The notes under the pieces were generated by a model that saw nothing but the letters and a program-made list of their open reading frames with translations, made no database searches and was not told where the DNA came from. A stretch of 64,000 bases of DNA from a virus (Duplodnaviria; Caudoviricetes), in IMG/VR virus record IMGVR_UViG_3300035454_000688, positions 1 to 64,000 of that record; one strand, 5' to 3'. The stretch's first letter is position 1; the number at the start of each line of letters is the position of its first letter. Made by a program: the position numbers and the translations under genes. Shown here piece after piece: positions 27,801 to 38,132 of the stretch.

Positions 27801-29956
27801 TCGCTCCCTGTAGCAGCAATTGTGACCAATCCACCTGTAGTGATTCCGTAGCTGTTGGCTGTGTCGATAGTTCTATACACATACGAGAACGAGTTACCAG
27901 ACTTCACAGCCGGACGTCCAGCGTAGTAGAGAAGAGATGAAAGATTGCTGTCCTTCAACACTGCCTTACCATCTTCAAGCACTACATCACATACACCCTT
28001 ATAGTCACCATCGTAGAAGACTGATTGAATAAGGGAGAAGTTGCGTGCTGTGGCAAGCTGGATGTCAAACAGATACAGTCTGTATACACAGTTGCCGGAT
28101 CCAGGAACACCCGACTCCACTGTAAGTGAGCGGATGCGCGCTGTTCCTAAGGCAGTTCCAAGGCTAGTTGGGCTGCTTGTTGATGGTACGTCCCCGGCAT
28201 TTCCGCCCGAGATGAAGTTTCTAGCGGTAGGGTAAAGAGTTACTCGATCGCCTACATTGAACTTAAAGATCCCACCAAGCTCATCAACTCTGATGTAGCT
28301 ACCGTAGTTGAGAGAGATGTTAGCGTTATTAGCAATGAATGTGTCAGTGCCCTTGTCAACAGTTGCTGTATAAGCACGCACTGTTTCTAGACGATTGCCG
28401 TTGAGATATGCTACACCTGGATCGATGCTAACACGGAACGATGTAGCCTCTGCAGAAATAGACGCAGCGTTAATGGTATTGAGAATGAATGGATCGACAA
28501 CATAGTTACCCGATTCTTCTCTTGTTCTTCTTGCTATCTCTTTACCGAGAATGTTGTATTGAGTCTGCTGGATCTGCTTGTATGGGTTGCCCTCAGAGAA
28601 CTCTACGATCGAGAAGAAGTCTGAATTAGCATCTGCCTCAGCCTTTGTTTTAACAACAAGAGTTGGAGTCAGCTTAAGACGATTTGCGCCAGGAGCTGTT
28701 ACGTTAGGCTCACCAGTCGCGTTATCAAGAAGCGAAGGATCCTGATTTGAATTCAGAATAGACTCAGAAGTATCAAAACCTACGGCCTTGTTGAAGGCTG
28801 TGTTAGAATATTTCTCTACGAGCACCATATGCTCATTGACGCGAGTGAAGTATCCCTTTTGATAAATTACACCCTTACCAACTGTCACACCGTAGCCAGA
28901 TCCCACTGGTCCATCTTGCACGGATGAGTTAGCAACAGTCACCTGAGTGAGGAACGACTGAGCTCTTAGATCGGCGGTTGTAATCTGATCCGTTGTGGCT
29001 CCAATAGACTGAACCGATACGGTAGGAAGAACATAGTAGCCCGATCCTTTTTGTGTCACGGTCAGTGAGTTGACCTCACCATTGATCGACCCCGTTCTCA
29101 TTGTTACAGCAGCGCCCGAACCAACAATGCCAACGAGCTTGACAATATCAGAATTAGCTCCACCGATTTGTTGCACGTTGGTGTTTACAGAAAATGTCCA
29201 CTTTTGTGTATTGGCCGCTTTCAAATCAGCTGATAGAGGCTTAATACGAACGATAATCGCTTCGGAGTTAGATGTTGTATCAACACCAACAATCTGAACG
29301 TTCGCCAAACCGGGTCCGGCTGTCAGATACTGACCGTTTGCAATAGTGTTAGTAAGAGCCGTACCACCGCTTGAGTTTTGTACCGCAACAGCGCTCAGCA
29401 CCACAATAGAGTCGGCATTCGAGAAACCGGCCGAATCATTGAATGAGATAATCTTTTCAATTGGATTCGAAGGCTTGTATACAGTTAGCGTATCATTTGC
29501 TACGAACTGTTGGCGTTCTGTAGAGGTAGAATCAATGTTAGCATAGCCAGAGTTAAGATACTTAACATAAACCGTCTTAAGATCAGGAGATCTCGACTCA
29601 TATCCATCTACTACTGTTTGAATAGATGCAATAAGAGGAGATACGTTCGCAGTATCCTTGACGTAATATCCAACGAGCTCATTCACGTTGATTGGCGCGC
29701 CGTCTGTCTGGTTATCTTTGAGCTTTACATATTGTAGAGCTGACTGGAGTGTGATGTCACATCCATCGATGATAGTACCACGCTTGAAGATGTGATCGCC
29801 GAAACGTTCGATCTGCTTCTGAAGAATAGTCTGAAACTGATTGAGCTCGCGAGCCTGCACAGCCACTCCAGGGCGGAACAGGATCTTATAGTAGTCCTTG
29901 TTCTCATCATAGTCGTCAAAATATGGAGAGACGCTTAGATCTGTCTGAATAGGCAT
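24875..29956 (-). CDS. DUF4815/VrlC-like large baseplate protein
   Basis: SPYFDDYDENKDYYKILFRPGVAVQARELNQFQTILQKQIERFG; APGANRLK; RRTREESGNY; DRFKFGFFVDGF. Confidence 0.85.
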   Translation of the reverse strand: MPIQTDLSVSPYFDDYDENKDYYKILFRPGVAVQARELNQFQTILQKQIERFGDHIFKRGTIIDGCDITLQSALQYVKLKDNQTDGAPINVNELVGYYVKDTANVSPLIASIQTVVDGYESRSPDLKTVYVKYLNSGYANIDSTSTERQQFVANDTLTVYKPSNPIEKIISFNDSAGFSNADSIVVLSAVAVQNSSGGTALTNTIANGQYLTAGPGLANVQIVGVDTTSNSEAIIVRIKPLSADLKAANTQKWTFSVNTNVQQIGGANSDIVKLVGIVGSGAAVTMRTGSINGEVNSLTVTQKGSGYYVLPTVSVQSIGATTDQITTADLRAQSFLTQVTVANSSVQDGPVGSGYGVTVGKGVIYQKGYFTRVNEHMVLVEKYSNTAFNKAVGFDTSESILNSNQDPSLLDNATGEPNVTAPGANRLKLTPTLVVKTKAEADANSDFFSIVEFSEGNPYKQIQQTQYNILGKEIARRTREESGNYVVDPFILNTINAASISAEATSFRVSIDPGVAYLNGNRLETVRAYTATVDKGTDTFIANNANISLNYGSYIRVDELGGIFKFNVGDRVTLYPTARNFISGGNAGDVPSTSSPTSLGTALGTARIRSLTVESGVPGSGNCVYRLYLFDIQLATARNFSLIQSVFYDGDYKGVCDVVLEDGKAVLKDSNLSSLLYYAGRPAVKSGNSFSYVYRTIDTANSYGITTGGLVTIAATGSETFPYTAGATLSPAQEQDLIITPMANAQFAANAAGTVNCTASSTTITGGASTSFTSAFEAGDFVKIANASHSTIVQIATVVNTSVMTTTANPSSAVTNGNTVMYFPQYVPISLRAGRSANVDATASTLLINLGSAVNVATKVAVAYNVRSSGTAPVAKTVNRDKFIRLQLSNNATTNTGPWALGVPDIFHVKGVFLGSNASFAPGDTSVVDVTSEYYIDHNQNENFYGMSYLYRKSDANTAITTSDFLLVKFDHFTYAEEGLKAPGSGGTYTINDTLALASSTSSINTLEIPEVYGTKGEYYDLRDQFDFRPISVANATPNATAASAPINPEERAEADKFGTTDKKFPAPDSNLTGIIEYYLGRTDRVIIDETGDFSIMKGTPGSADPPAAPSDAMTINILQIPPYPSHPKKLSAETLDFFNNKMANETYSNRRMLAYRVEAPMNDAQRSVEQPRGYTMVDIGALDRRLQTLERYVAYTLVEAQTQKRVIPSSANSNIDRFKFGFFVDGFNDYNYAETSNPQYNAAIVDGYLSPRVEEINLPLVPVSGGATTTLPFIEKTFLAQPDATSGPVIPVTPVYPPMPPAGNNDITTGTITVTPVTQQNTAPTVVTKTLAVIESEKNRLNSDTGVYFDEYFYTFSESSGAAQFYINSRDNNIGVLIYQSQSENGPWTNVVRNSGSDAQAITTPDIDTNGLRVLNGGRKIENPGSLTAKGYYFTGTSIWHEDQLKLLWTHNPASGRYYKIRVYKGKNHGGQGKSGTYGFKLYYPADVTETEQSYVNGFSPTTGFDMSFWNGSWGFIGAPAMSPINFNFSLFNPASPGINPNDPGVIAGEQAFEVKLTGLRPDTAHKFFVEGTDKTASCKQVGKILGGGLQTDSNGEMVFVYYYYPTIESVDVTSEAAAATEMVAASKAVRVVNTDGSSFSESLIQVKNYIKRVFNAPPQPAAIPSVDRIDNGPGGGGGARDWVAQNNFHEV

Positions 29957-29961
29957 TTAAC

Positions 29962-32034
29962 TTAGAACTCCAGAATCAATTTGATTGTTTCAGTCTGATT
30001 GTTTGATCTTTGTATCGGCGCAAGGTTTTCAATATAGACTACCTCACCACTTCCTGGTACAAGCTCACCCTCGTATTTAGCTTCGACGGTAAACTGCGCT
30101 TCACTCGAATCGCCAGTTGCTACTTTGTTTGTGCCCCAGGTGTTCAGAACGTTGGTGACATATAAGAAGTCTGAATTGGCCACAGTCGTATCATCTACAG
30201 CTGCGTACAGTCTTGCAGAAGGTGTATCGTAAGGGGCCACAGCAGAGCTTTGAGTGACTAGCTCGTCCTGCTCGAACGTGCCCACAATCTTACCAGCAAA
30301 TTTAGTCAGCTGAGAGAATGTAGAAAAGTTGTTCGTGACTCTTACATCAGGGGTGGATCCACCACGAGAGATCTTGATTTGAGGGATACCTTCATCTGTA
30401 TCTGCGATTGTAGTACAGAAAGACTCTTCTCCAATGAACTTTAAGCTCGATGATACATTAGACACATTTACGTTTGCCACATATATCACACCAGTCGAAC
30501 TTGCGGAAATTATGCCGTAGGCCGATGCGTTGACTAATGAGATCAGACAACCTTGGCTCGTGAATGAGGCATTCGCATCGATTGTAAGGTGAGTGTTGCT
30601 TACGATAGACACCACATTGCCGTATATGTTGCTCAGACCATCGCTAACAAGCAGCCTGTCTCCCACCGATAAGCTATCTTGGAATATAGTGCCGACACCT
30701 CTGATCGTTGAATCAGAGAATGTGTTGGCTGTCCCAGCAAGACGAATGCTTGTATACTGAGATACACGCTCGTCAGGAAGAAAGTTTCCTATAGTGTTAC
30801 CAGATGAGTAGGAGATCTCGACGTTAGCGAATAGAGGATTTCTAAGAAGGCCTACCTGCCTGTAATCGTTTTCTGTTCTGAGCTCAGGATTGACTCCTTC
30901 GTTCTCGATGAACTTAACTGCAACACCAGCGTAATTTGCTCCTAACTCAGAGAAGCAATTAGCTCCGTGACCATCGGGTGGTGACATAATAGCTCTCAGC
31001 GAAGCTGCAGCTGTCACACCTACTGTATCGGCTGGTCTAATAATTGCTATAGCAGACTTGTATCCCGAGCCAGGATCCATCACTTCTACCTTGGTGATGG
31101 CGTTGCTCGATACACCGCTGACGATAGCTCTTGCAATACAATTTGCTATCTTCGTCCCACCAGTATCGAATACGTCTACAAAAGGATACACTTCAAAAGT
31201 ATCATTCACGTCGATAACACCGTCGAACGGGTCATCGACCACAGCTATCTTCTGCGCTCCGACAGTATAAGCAGTAATAACTCTATACTCATCCTTGGCA
31301 TCACCTGACGTGACTCTTAGCAGGCAGTTTTTATAAAAATCTGGAATGGTGCTAGCTGTCGAACCAAGGGCGTAGCGATACTCATCCCCGAGGACGCGAA
31401 TATCTTCTGCCTTCTCAAAGTGAGCGACTAGGTAGTTGGCATATCCCACACCACCATCTTCCACCTTGATTACTTCAATCGAACCAGGAGTAGCATTAGC
31501 TGTAACGGCCGCATTGGCAGCTACTGGCATATATTCGGTTGTAGCAAACTTACTCATAATTGTATTGTTTGCAGAATACATGTACTTCCAAAGATAGCCG
31601 TCTGACGTTTCGAAAGTGTCGTTGTCTGTTCCGGAAGGCTCAACTGTTGAAGCTGTGCTGTAGTCGTTGAACAGACACTTGTATACGTGGTACTCGGCTC
31701 CTGCGTTTACAGTAGCATAGAATTGCTTGGTATGGAGAACCGCATCCGTATCGTCGTACATAGCATAGGTAGTGCCAGCTGTCCAATCGTATCTTGGGAT
31801 CATTGGCTTGATGTCTGTATTGGCAACTCTCTTACCAAACAACATATCATTATAGATGTTAATATAGTTGTTGACAACAGCATCGTTAGGCGTAGGAATA
31901 GGTGTTTCCCCACCCTCATATGGTGTATGCTTTGCAGCAAACACATAGTAGGCCGATCCCATAGCAACATCATCGACAAAGTCGAGTGCTGTGGTTACGT
32001 TAAATCTTTTCGATACGATTTGTTTAGTGCTCAT
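29962..32034 (-). CDS. gp8: baseplate wedge protein gp8
   Basis: IPRYDWTAGTTY, YHVYKCL, DGYLWKYMY, C-terminal SGEVVYIENLAPIQRSNNQTETIKLILEF. Confidence 0.85.
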   Translation of the reverse strand: MSTKQIVSKRFNVTTALDFVDDVAMGSAYYVFAAKHTPYEGGETPIPTPNDAVVNNYINIYNDMLFGKRVANTDIKPMIPRYDWTAGTTYAMYDDTDAVLHTKQFYATVNAGAEYHVYKCLFNDYSTASTVEPSGTDNDTFETSDGYLWKYMYSANNTIMSKFATTEYMPVAANAAVTANATPGSIEVIKVEDGGVGYANYLVAHFEKAEDIRVLGDEYRYALGSTASTIPDFYKNCLLRVTSGDAKDEYRVITAYTVGAQKIAVVDDPFDGVIDVNDTFEVYPFVDVFDTGGTKIANCIARAIVSGVSSNAITKVEVMDPGSGYKSAIAIIRPADTVGVTAAASLRAIMSPPDGHGANCFSELGANYAGVAVKFIENEGVNPELRTENDYRQVGLLRNPLFANVEISYSSGNTIGNFLPDERVSQYTSIRLAGTANTFSDSTIRGVGTIFQDSLSVGDRLLVSDGLSNIYGNVVSIVSNTHLTIDANASFTSQGCLISLVNASAYGIISASSTGVIYVANVNVSNVSSSLKFIGEESFCTTIADTDEGIPQIKISRGGSTPDVRVTNNFSTFSQLTKFAGKIVGTFEQDELVTQSSAVAPYDTPSARLYAAVDDTTVANSDFLYVTNVLNTWGTNKVATGDSSEAQFTVEAKYEGELVPGSGEVVYIENLAPIQRSNNQTETIKLILEF

Positions 32035-32040
32035 AGGATA

Positions 32041-32048
32041 TATTTATG
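32041..32048 (-). promoter_or_regulatory. late promoter variant CATAAATA
   Basis: 6 nt upstream of gp8 ATG with no Shine-Dalgarno. Confidence 0.5.
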
Positions 32049-32062
32049 TCTCGTTAGAACAA

Positions 32063-35000
32063 TTACGTAATATTTATCTCGGATGCAGCATAGCTCACAT
32101 TCGCTACGATCTTATCTTCTAGTACAACACCACCGAAGAATCTTGTTCCCGCAGTATGCATGACTTTCTTAAACATGTCCGCATAGCGCGCTAATGGAAT
32201 ACGCGAAAGAACTTCGTACGAATACTCTTGGTAGTAGTCGCCATCCTGAACCTTTGCAGTCGAGCTCAGCTGACCCTTTGTGTCTTTATAATAGCCAGCT
32301 CCTGTGCCCATGCCGGATACATTCGCTACCGCTACACCAGCTCTTGTACCATCTGCAGATACGTAGGTCAATTCCTCACCGTTTCTGTATCCAAGACCTG
32401 AGTCTGATACTTCAATTCCAGTTACGGATCCGTTTGCAGTAACAGTATTAGCGATCACATTAGCATTCAGACCAATAGGAAGGACTGTATCATCTTCTCT
32501 TATACCTACGATTGTCGCAGTGGCTCCTGACAACTGACCCGTAACAGTAAGGGTTGGCTGGAATAGATTATCGAACTGAATACGCTTGACCTTAAGGTGG
32601 GTAGTATTTGAGTCCTTGATAATGCCTTTTGCTGTTGACGTTATAGCCGAGTTGGTAGATACTGAACTTATGGTTCCAGAGAAAGAACTATTAGAAGCTG
32701 ACTTGAGAGTATCTGAAGTAGCAAAAGTGCCACCTACATCTTTGACAATAATTGTATTGGCGCTCGCTTGGACGGTATCAATAATACCATTTGCAGTTGA
32801 TGTAGCCAGCGTGGATCCAACATACACTTTTTCACCCGCTGCAAGACCAGTCTCATCATCAAGTATGAGAGTAGTCTTAGACAGAAGTGTGTTGGTTTGA
32901 AGAAGGCGCTCGCCTACTATGAACGGTCGTTCGTTACCATCCGTAATCTCCATGATAAAGTCTCCTTTACCAAACCCACTGAGGTATGGTTGATCGACAA
33001 TAACATAAGGATCGACTGTATACCCAGCACCTGGGTTGATTTCTGTAATTCTTGCAATCGTACCAATGGTGAAGGCATCGAAGTTCAAACAGTCAAAGAT
33101 TACCGAAGCCGAGTTGCCAGCTGGATTCTTATCAAAACCATACTCGGCATTATTGATAGGAATAGTCATAAATGCTTGACTAACAGCATTTGTAAATGTT
33201 CCGTTACCAGCTAGTCTATCAGTATTGAGATAGATTGTTTCTGAATCAGAGATCGAGCCAACTTCGAAGTTAGCACCGGTGCCTGCAGATACAGCAACTA
33301 CGTTAGCGATTGTTCCTGTATTGCTTGTGAAGATAGGAGCGCTATACGCATTGGTAAACGTATTCGAAACACTATACAAGCCCACAGTGAGATCGATGTT
33401 GGTAATTGTAGCCTGAGCTGTAGACGAACGTACTCTCAAAGGTAACGAAGCACTGGCCTTGAACACACCCTTAAGGTTGTGCGCTTCTATTAAACCTGTT
33501 ACACCCGAGATGGATGTTGTGAGGATATCGGCGTTAGCTACTTCTACACCTTGGGCGTCTAATTGATATACCACCGCATCCTTAGCAAACGTCCCTGATA
33601 TAGCAGTCAGCGATAGGTTGGCAGAAGATGGTCGACCCATTATAGTTGCAGTGGCAGATGTATTTGTCACAGCTGCAACGTTTGCTGTCACTGCTGTATT
33701 AGATGCCAATACAATAGTGTTGGATGTCCCAAGCAATCCGTTGTTCGATACAGAGATAGTCAAGACACCGTTAGTGCTTGTACCAACTTCGTTATTGATA
33801 ATGGTTCCGAACGCAAGATTAGCAGTGCCGTTGCTGACCCAGATAGCTTCTCCAGCAACAAAGCCATTCTTGTTTACCGCTGTATCATATGCAACGTTAG
33901 CAAGTCTCTGCGTGAGTTTCTCAAAATACTTGAAGTACGATGGGTTGGCTTTTGTAGTAGCCTGAATAGAAGCTGACGAGCCAGCCGATGTAGTAATACT
34001 AACAGTCGGACTCGATGTAAAGAAGCCGGCGCCAGGATTGGTAATATTGATGTTAGTGATGACACCGCTTGCATCTGTATTGACCGTAGCTGTACAGTTT
34101 GTATATGCTGACTGCACTGTGATAATGTCGGTGTTGTCATACCCCGTACCACCGCTGGTGATTACGAAGCCTGCAATAGTGTTTGATGTCACCACATTGC
34201 TGAGAGTCAGCACCTTAGTCGACACAATAACTTGTGATCGCTTTGCTAGCTCAGATTCTGAGAAGTCTGCTGTAGGAGCAGTTACTGTATATCCCCAACC
34301 ACCCTCGAATAGTTCGAAGTCTACGACACCCGTTTTATTACTGATGCTTGATATGCGGCCAGTCGCCTCTGATCCACGAGTAGATGTGAAGGTCACGAGG
34401 TCACCCACAGAGAATAACCTCGAACCACCGGTTACAGTAAGTCCTGTTAAAGATCCTACTACCTTTGGCAGATCATAGAATACCTGATCATCTCGAAGAG
34501 GTTCGCCGTTTATAAAATCGCCTGACACATTCGAGATGTAGAGCACATAGACGAATCCGTCCTTGACTCTTCTTTTGATATACTTCTCGACGAATGCACT
34601 GGCCCCTGACTGCACACCAGTGATCTGCTTACCCACAAGGTCGATAGTTCTAGTTGAATTAGTGATCTCAATATACTGAGGCTTATACCATTGCGCGCCA
34701 GAAAGACGCATAAGGTCCTCACCTGGGTAGTAAACGGTAGCAGAGGCACCATAGATTAACTTAAAGAAAAGGTCGACAGAGCGCTCTGTGCCCTTTGATC
34801 TATACAAGTCAAACGAGTTCTTGACAAGAAGTCTTTTATTCGTGTTGGTATCAAACTCGATGTTCTTCAGATACTGTTCTTTAAAGTGAACAATAAACTG
34901 ATCCAGAGTTCTATCTACATCACGAAGATCAAATAACTTACGAGCATAATAGATCGGGTTGATCTTAAATTGCTTTTCTACAAATGTGTTACCACCAGAT

Positions 35001-35302
35001 GATGTAGAAATTGGGAGGTATTCGTCACACTGAATATTACATCTGAAGGCGTCATAGCCATTAACAGACACAAGAACATTGTTACCTTCTACAGCAACAA
35101 CGCTACCAGTTGTATTTCCTTGGCTTACAACATCACCAACTACGATGTTTGTATTAGAAGTAACCTCTAGCTGTTGGTGGTTTGATTCGAGCCATTCGTA
35201 ATACGCTTCAACAAACGTAACGAAGTCTTCCCCTTCATCCAAATAGAATGAAGGGAACATTGATTTGATAAGTGGAGAAATCTTACTTTGAACGTCTCTC
35301 AT
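32063..35302 (-). CDS. gp7: baseplate wedge initiator gp7-like
   Basis: FVTFVEAYYEW; LYRSKGTERSVDLFFKLIYG; QDGDYYQEYSYEV...KKVMHTAGTRFFG. Confidence 0.82.
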   Translation of the reverse strand: MRDVQSKISPLIKSMFPSFYLDEGEDFVTFVEAYYEWLESNHQQLEVTSNTNIVVGDVVSQGNTTGSVVAVEGNNVLVSVNGYDAFRCNIQCDEYLPISTSSGGNTFVEKQFKINPIYYARKLFDLRDVDRTLDQFIVHFKEQYLKNIEFDTNTNKRLLVKNSFDLYRSKGTERSVDLFFKLIYGASATVYYPGEDLMRLSGAQWYKPQYIEITNSTRTIDLVGKQITGVQSGASAFVEKYIKRRVKDGFVYVLYISNVSGDFINGEPLRDDQVFYDLPKVVGSLTGLTVTGGSRLFSVGDLVTFTSTRGSEATGRISSISNKTGVVDFELFEGGWGYTVTAPTADFSESELAKRSQVIVSTKVLTLSNVVTSNTIAGFVITSGGTGYDNTDIITVQSAYTNCTATVNTDASGVITNINITNPGAGFFTSSPTVSITTSAGSSASIQATTKANPSYFKYFEKLTQRLANVAYDTAVNKNGFVAGEAIWVSNGTANLAFGTIINNEVGTSTNGVLTISVSNNGLLGTSNTIVLASNTAVTANVAAVTNTSATATIMGRPSSANLSLTAISGTFAKDAVVYQLDAQGVEVANADILTTSISGVTGLIEAHNLKGVFKASASLPLRVRSSTAQATITNIDLTVGLYSVSNTFTNAYSAPIFTSNTGTIANVVAVSAGTGANFEVGSISDSETIYLNTDRLAGNGTFTNAVSQAFMTIPINNAEYGFDKNPAGNSASVIFDCLNFDAFTIGTIARITEINPGAGYTVDPYVIVDQPYLSGFGKGDFIMEITDGNERPFIVGERLLQTNTLLSKTTLILDDETGLAAGEKVYVGSTLATSTANGIIDTVQASANTIIVKDVGGTFATSDTLKSASNSSFSGTISSVSTNSAITSTAKGIIKDSNTTHLKVKRIQFDNLFQPTLTVTGQLSGATATIVGIREDDTVLPIGLNANVIANTVTANGSVTGIEVSDSGLGYRNGEELTYVSADGTRAGVAVANVSGMGTGAGYYKDTKGQLSSTAKVQDGDYYQEYSYEVLSRIPLARYADMFKKVMHTAGTRFFGGVVLEDKIVANVSYAASEINIT

Positions 35303-35305
35303 TTA

Positions 35306-37087
35306 TTATCCACTCACGCCTAGAACTGTAAGAGCAATATCATCTTCGACAATATTGATAATAACATTGTTGACCACACTGATATCTTTATTACGTGGCT
35401 CAGCCTTTACCTTGATCCCTATACCCTCGTAAGCAGAGATGTTGAAGTTGGCAAGCTGAACAAGGCCCGAATCATAATCGACCGTTCCAATGTTTGTAAT
35501 AATATTACCCGTTGTAGAAACAATATTAATAACACCAAGGCCGTCATCCTGGAGAGTTGCACGCTCTCCGTTGAATGTGAATCTTGAAGATGTGATCGAA
35601 TATCCACCCTTTGATAGCGACTGAGTGGTATCAAGAGCCGTCTGGAAGTTAATATCCAGCGTGTTATTGACACTCAGCTGAGGAGTGATGATCTTGATAA
35701 CTTTAATATTGGTTTCGTTCGACACAATAGCAACCTGTGAGTTGTCGATTGCTTCTACAACATTCGAATAACGGAACACTCTATTAAAGTTGTTCAGGTT
35801 AGCCGCGGCATACTTAGTGATGGCTGCCGATACAAGAGTTCTGATATCTTCCGAAGACAACTTCGTAACATTGACGTTATAACGTACAGTAGATGTCAGA
35901 CCAATGTATGTATACTCTGGGTTTACGAATACAGGATCGATCGATACAGGAGATCTTGGCTTAAGGAATCGGTAATACTGATCCTTCTTGGTCTCCGGGA
36001 TACCATCTACTTCCTTAAGGTCAACAGCAACGAACACCTTACCGTATTGAGGAGGATTAAGATCTTCCCCGCCGTATGCAGAAACAGCGTTGACTTCTGT
36101 AAAGTTTAGCTTTAGAAGGTTCTCATAGTCCTCTGTGGTGACAGCTCGCTCTTGAGTCGTGAAGTGACGAGGAGCATTGTACTTGATCTCTTCGATAGAC
36201 TCAGATACAGAACCCATCGCTGCTGGCGTATTAACAGTCACAAGGATGTTGGACTCGCCGTCAATTGTAGTGTCTGCTTTGAATACATTACATCCGTTAG
36301 GAAGCTGACCGTTAGAGATTCTATATTCAATAGAAACAATTGAGTTGTCTTTTGGAGGACGTCCAGTAACACCATCACCGAATACTATCTCATACGAATC
36401 ATTCTCACAAGGCTGAACAAAGAATACCTTGGAGTTCTGATCGATATTGAATAATGATGTGGCTCTTGTATATGTCTGAATAGTAGCGCCAACATCTTCA
36501 ATGACGGTAACAGCAATAGAAGAGATATCACAGTTTCTGTTTGTGATAATAAATCTCTGAGTAGCATCTGCTGTATAGGTAAATGTATCGTTTACAAAGT
36601 AGCCTTCGTATAGAGAGATACCCGAACCAAGGAACGTAATAGTATTATTGCTATTAACAGTATAATCAGATACAACAACACTCTCGTTTACAGTGAAGGT
36701 ATAAGTTCTATTGCTGAATCTTGAAGTGAATGTCGTGCCACGTGGGATCGGAATAGATCTCTTTGCCGTATCAGAAGAAGTGACGATAATGTTAACATTA
36801 GCCTCAGCTGACTTAAATGAGCGAGGGGTGTAGTTAAGTTCCTTGGCGTGAGATACAACGGAGTCGCGGATCTGAGCTGTGTCCAAGAACATTTCAGATG
36901 CCACCATGTTCAGATAGAACATATTGTGGAAAGTGTTATAAGACAGAACATCCAGAAGGACGCTCATATTGGATCCCTCGAAGTCATAGTCCTGGAAACG
37001 CGCCTGCGACTTCAGATACTGCTTAAGAGTATTCTTGTGTGTGTCAAAGTCGATGTTTGACAGAATGATTGATGAATTAGCGGCCAT
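35306..37087 (-). CDS. gp6: baseplate wedge protein gp6
   Basis: DFDTHKNTLKQYLKSQ.RFQDYDFEGSNMSVLLDVLSYNT; IKYNAPRHFTTQERAVTTEDY. Confidence 0.92.
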   Translation of the reverse strand: MAANSSIILSNIDFDTHKNTLKQYLKSQARFQDYDFEGSNMSVLLDVLSYNTFHNMFYLNMVASEMFLDTAQIRDSVVSHAKELNYTPRSFKSAEANVNIIVTSSDTAKRSIPIPRGTTFTSRFSNRTYTFTVNESVVVSDYTVNSNNTITFLGSGISLYEGYFVNDTFTYTADATQRFIITNRNCDISSIAVTVIEDVGATIQTYTRATSLFNIDQNSKVFFVQPCENDSYEIVFGDGVTGRPPKDNSIVSIEYRISNGQLPNGCNVFKADTTIDGESNILVTVNTPAAMGSVSESIEEIKYNAPRHFTTQERAVTTEDYENLLKLNFTEVNAVSAYGGEDLNPPQYGKVFVAVDLKEVDGIPETKKDQYYRFLKPRSPVSIDPVFVNPEYTYIGLTSTVRYNVNVTKLSSEDIRTLVSAAITKYAAANLNNFNRVFRYSNVVEAIDNSQVAIVSNETNIKVIKIITPQLSVNNTLDINFQTALDTTQSLSKGGYSITSSRFTFNGERATLQDDGLGVINIVSTTGNIITNIGTVDYDSGLVQLANFNISAYEGIGIKVKAEPRNKDISVVNNVIINIVEDDIALTVLGVSG

Positions 37088-37506
37088 TATCGTACTCTTT
37101 GCAGGGTGACATTAACTGAAATAGGGTCTGGTTTATTTATCAACATATAGACAATGGTAATAACATAACGGTTAGTGTCCTCATATGGAATAACCTGAAC
37201 CTGAATGATCTTCGCTCTGGGCTCGTACTTTGTTACGGCATCCTCGATAATCTTTCTCAGAGCATTGGCCGTGAACGTGGACATTGGCTCGAACAGCATC
37301 GCTCTAATATCTGAACCAATGTCGGGCTGATACAGACGCTCGCCTTTATTTGTCAGAATGATATTACGGATGGATCTAGTGACAGCTTTCTCATTTGCAA
37401 AACGCAACAGGATACCAGACACGGGATGTGGGTTGAGATTGACGAGGAAATCTGAATAGATCTCATCCTGGGTCGTTAATTCTGTGAACCTATCGGCGCG
37501 TGCCAT
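37087..37506 (-). CDS. gp25: baseplate wedge protein gp25
   Basis: YSDF...AVTRSIRNIILTNKGERLYQPDIGS...YEPRAKI. Confidence 0.9.
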   Translation of the reverse strand: MARADRFTELTTQDEIYSDFLVNLNPHPVSGILLRFANEKAVTRSIRNIILTNKGERLYQPDIGSDIRAMLFEPMSTFTANALRKIIEDAVTKYEPRAKIIQVQVIPYEDTNRYVITIVYMLINKPDPISVNVTLQRVR

Positions 37507-37516
37507 TTATTTTACC

Positions 37517-38122
37517 TTATGTTTCGTTCTTGTATACGTCTGCTGCAGCACTTATCGCCGCCTCTGCTTTATCGACCGAAGCAATAAATGCATCGGGCGA
37601 GGATGTGTCGATTTTGTCAATAGTGTTTCCAGCATCGATTATAGCTAGAAGCCCTGCTTGCGAGCCCTCGATCTCTTGTAGTGCGCTGTTCACCAAGTTG
37701 TTTACTTCACCCTTTATTTGATTAAGAGTTTCGTCTTTGATTTCAATAGCACACTGAGGGAGACTCTTTGAGGCTTCTTCGATAGCTGCAATTACATTAA
37801 GGATAGCTCCAGCAAGTTTAATTAACTTCTTGGTGTACTTAATATGAGCCTGTAGCTGAGGTGTGACCAATCCTGTAACGAACTTAGATATCCACTTAAC
37901 AATCTCGACAGGGTTAGGTCCTGGCAATTGAAGTATTGGCAATATCTTCGCAAGCAGTTCCTTTTGTTCATCTTGAATATCTTTGAATAGGTCTTGAATG
38001 CTACCAAGATGCTCTTCAATAACCAGCTTTATAACTTCACAGTCAGAGTTATAACGAATCTGATCAGCCAGTTCGTTAATATGTCTTGTGTTGATGTCTA
38101 GTTCTTTTGCTGATACTCCCAT
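37517..38122 (-). CDS. alpha-helical hypothetical protein between gp5 and gp25
   Basis: 201-aa ORF co-oriented in baseplate operon. Confidence 0.65.
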   Translation of the reverse strand: MGVSAKELDINTRHINELADQIRYNSDCEVIKLVIEEHLGSIQDLFKDIQDEQKELLAKILPILQLPGPNPVEIVKWISKFVTGLVTPQLQAHIKYTKKLIKLAGAILNVIAAIEEASKSLPQCAIEIKDETLNQIKGEVNNLVNSALQEIEGSQAGLLAIIDAGNTIDKIDTSSPDAFIASVDKAEAAISAAADVYKNET

Positions 38123-38132
38123 AATATGTTCC

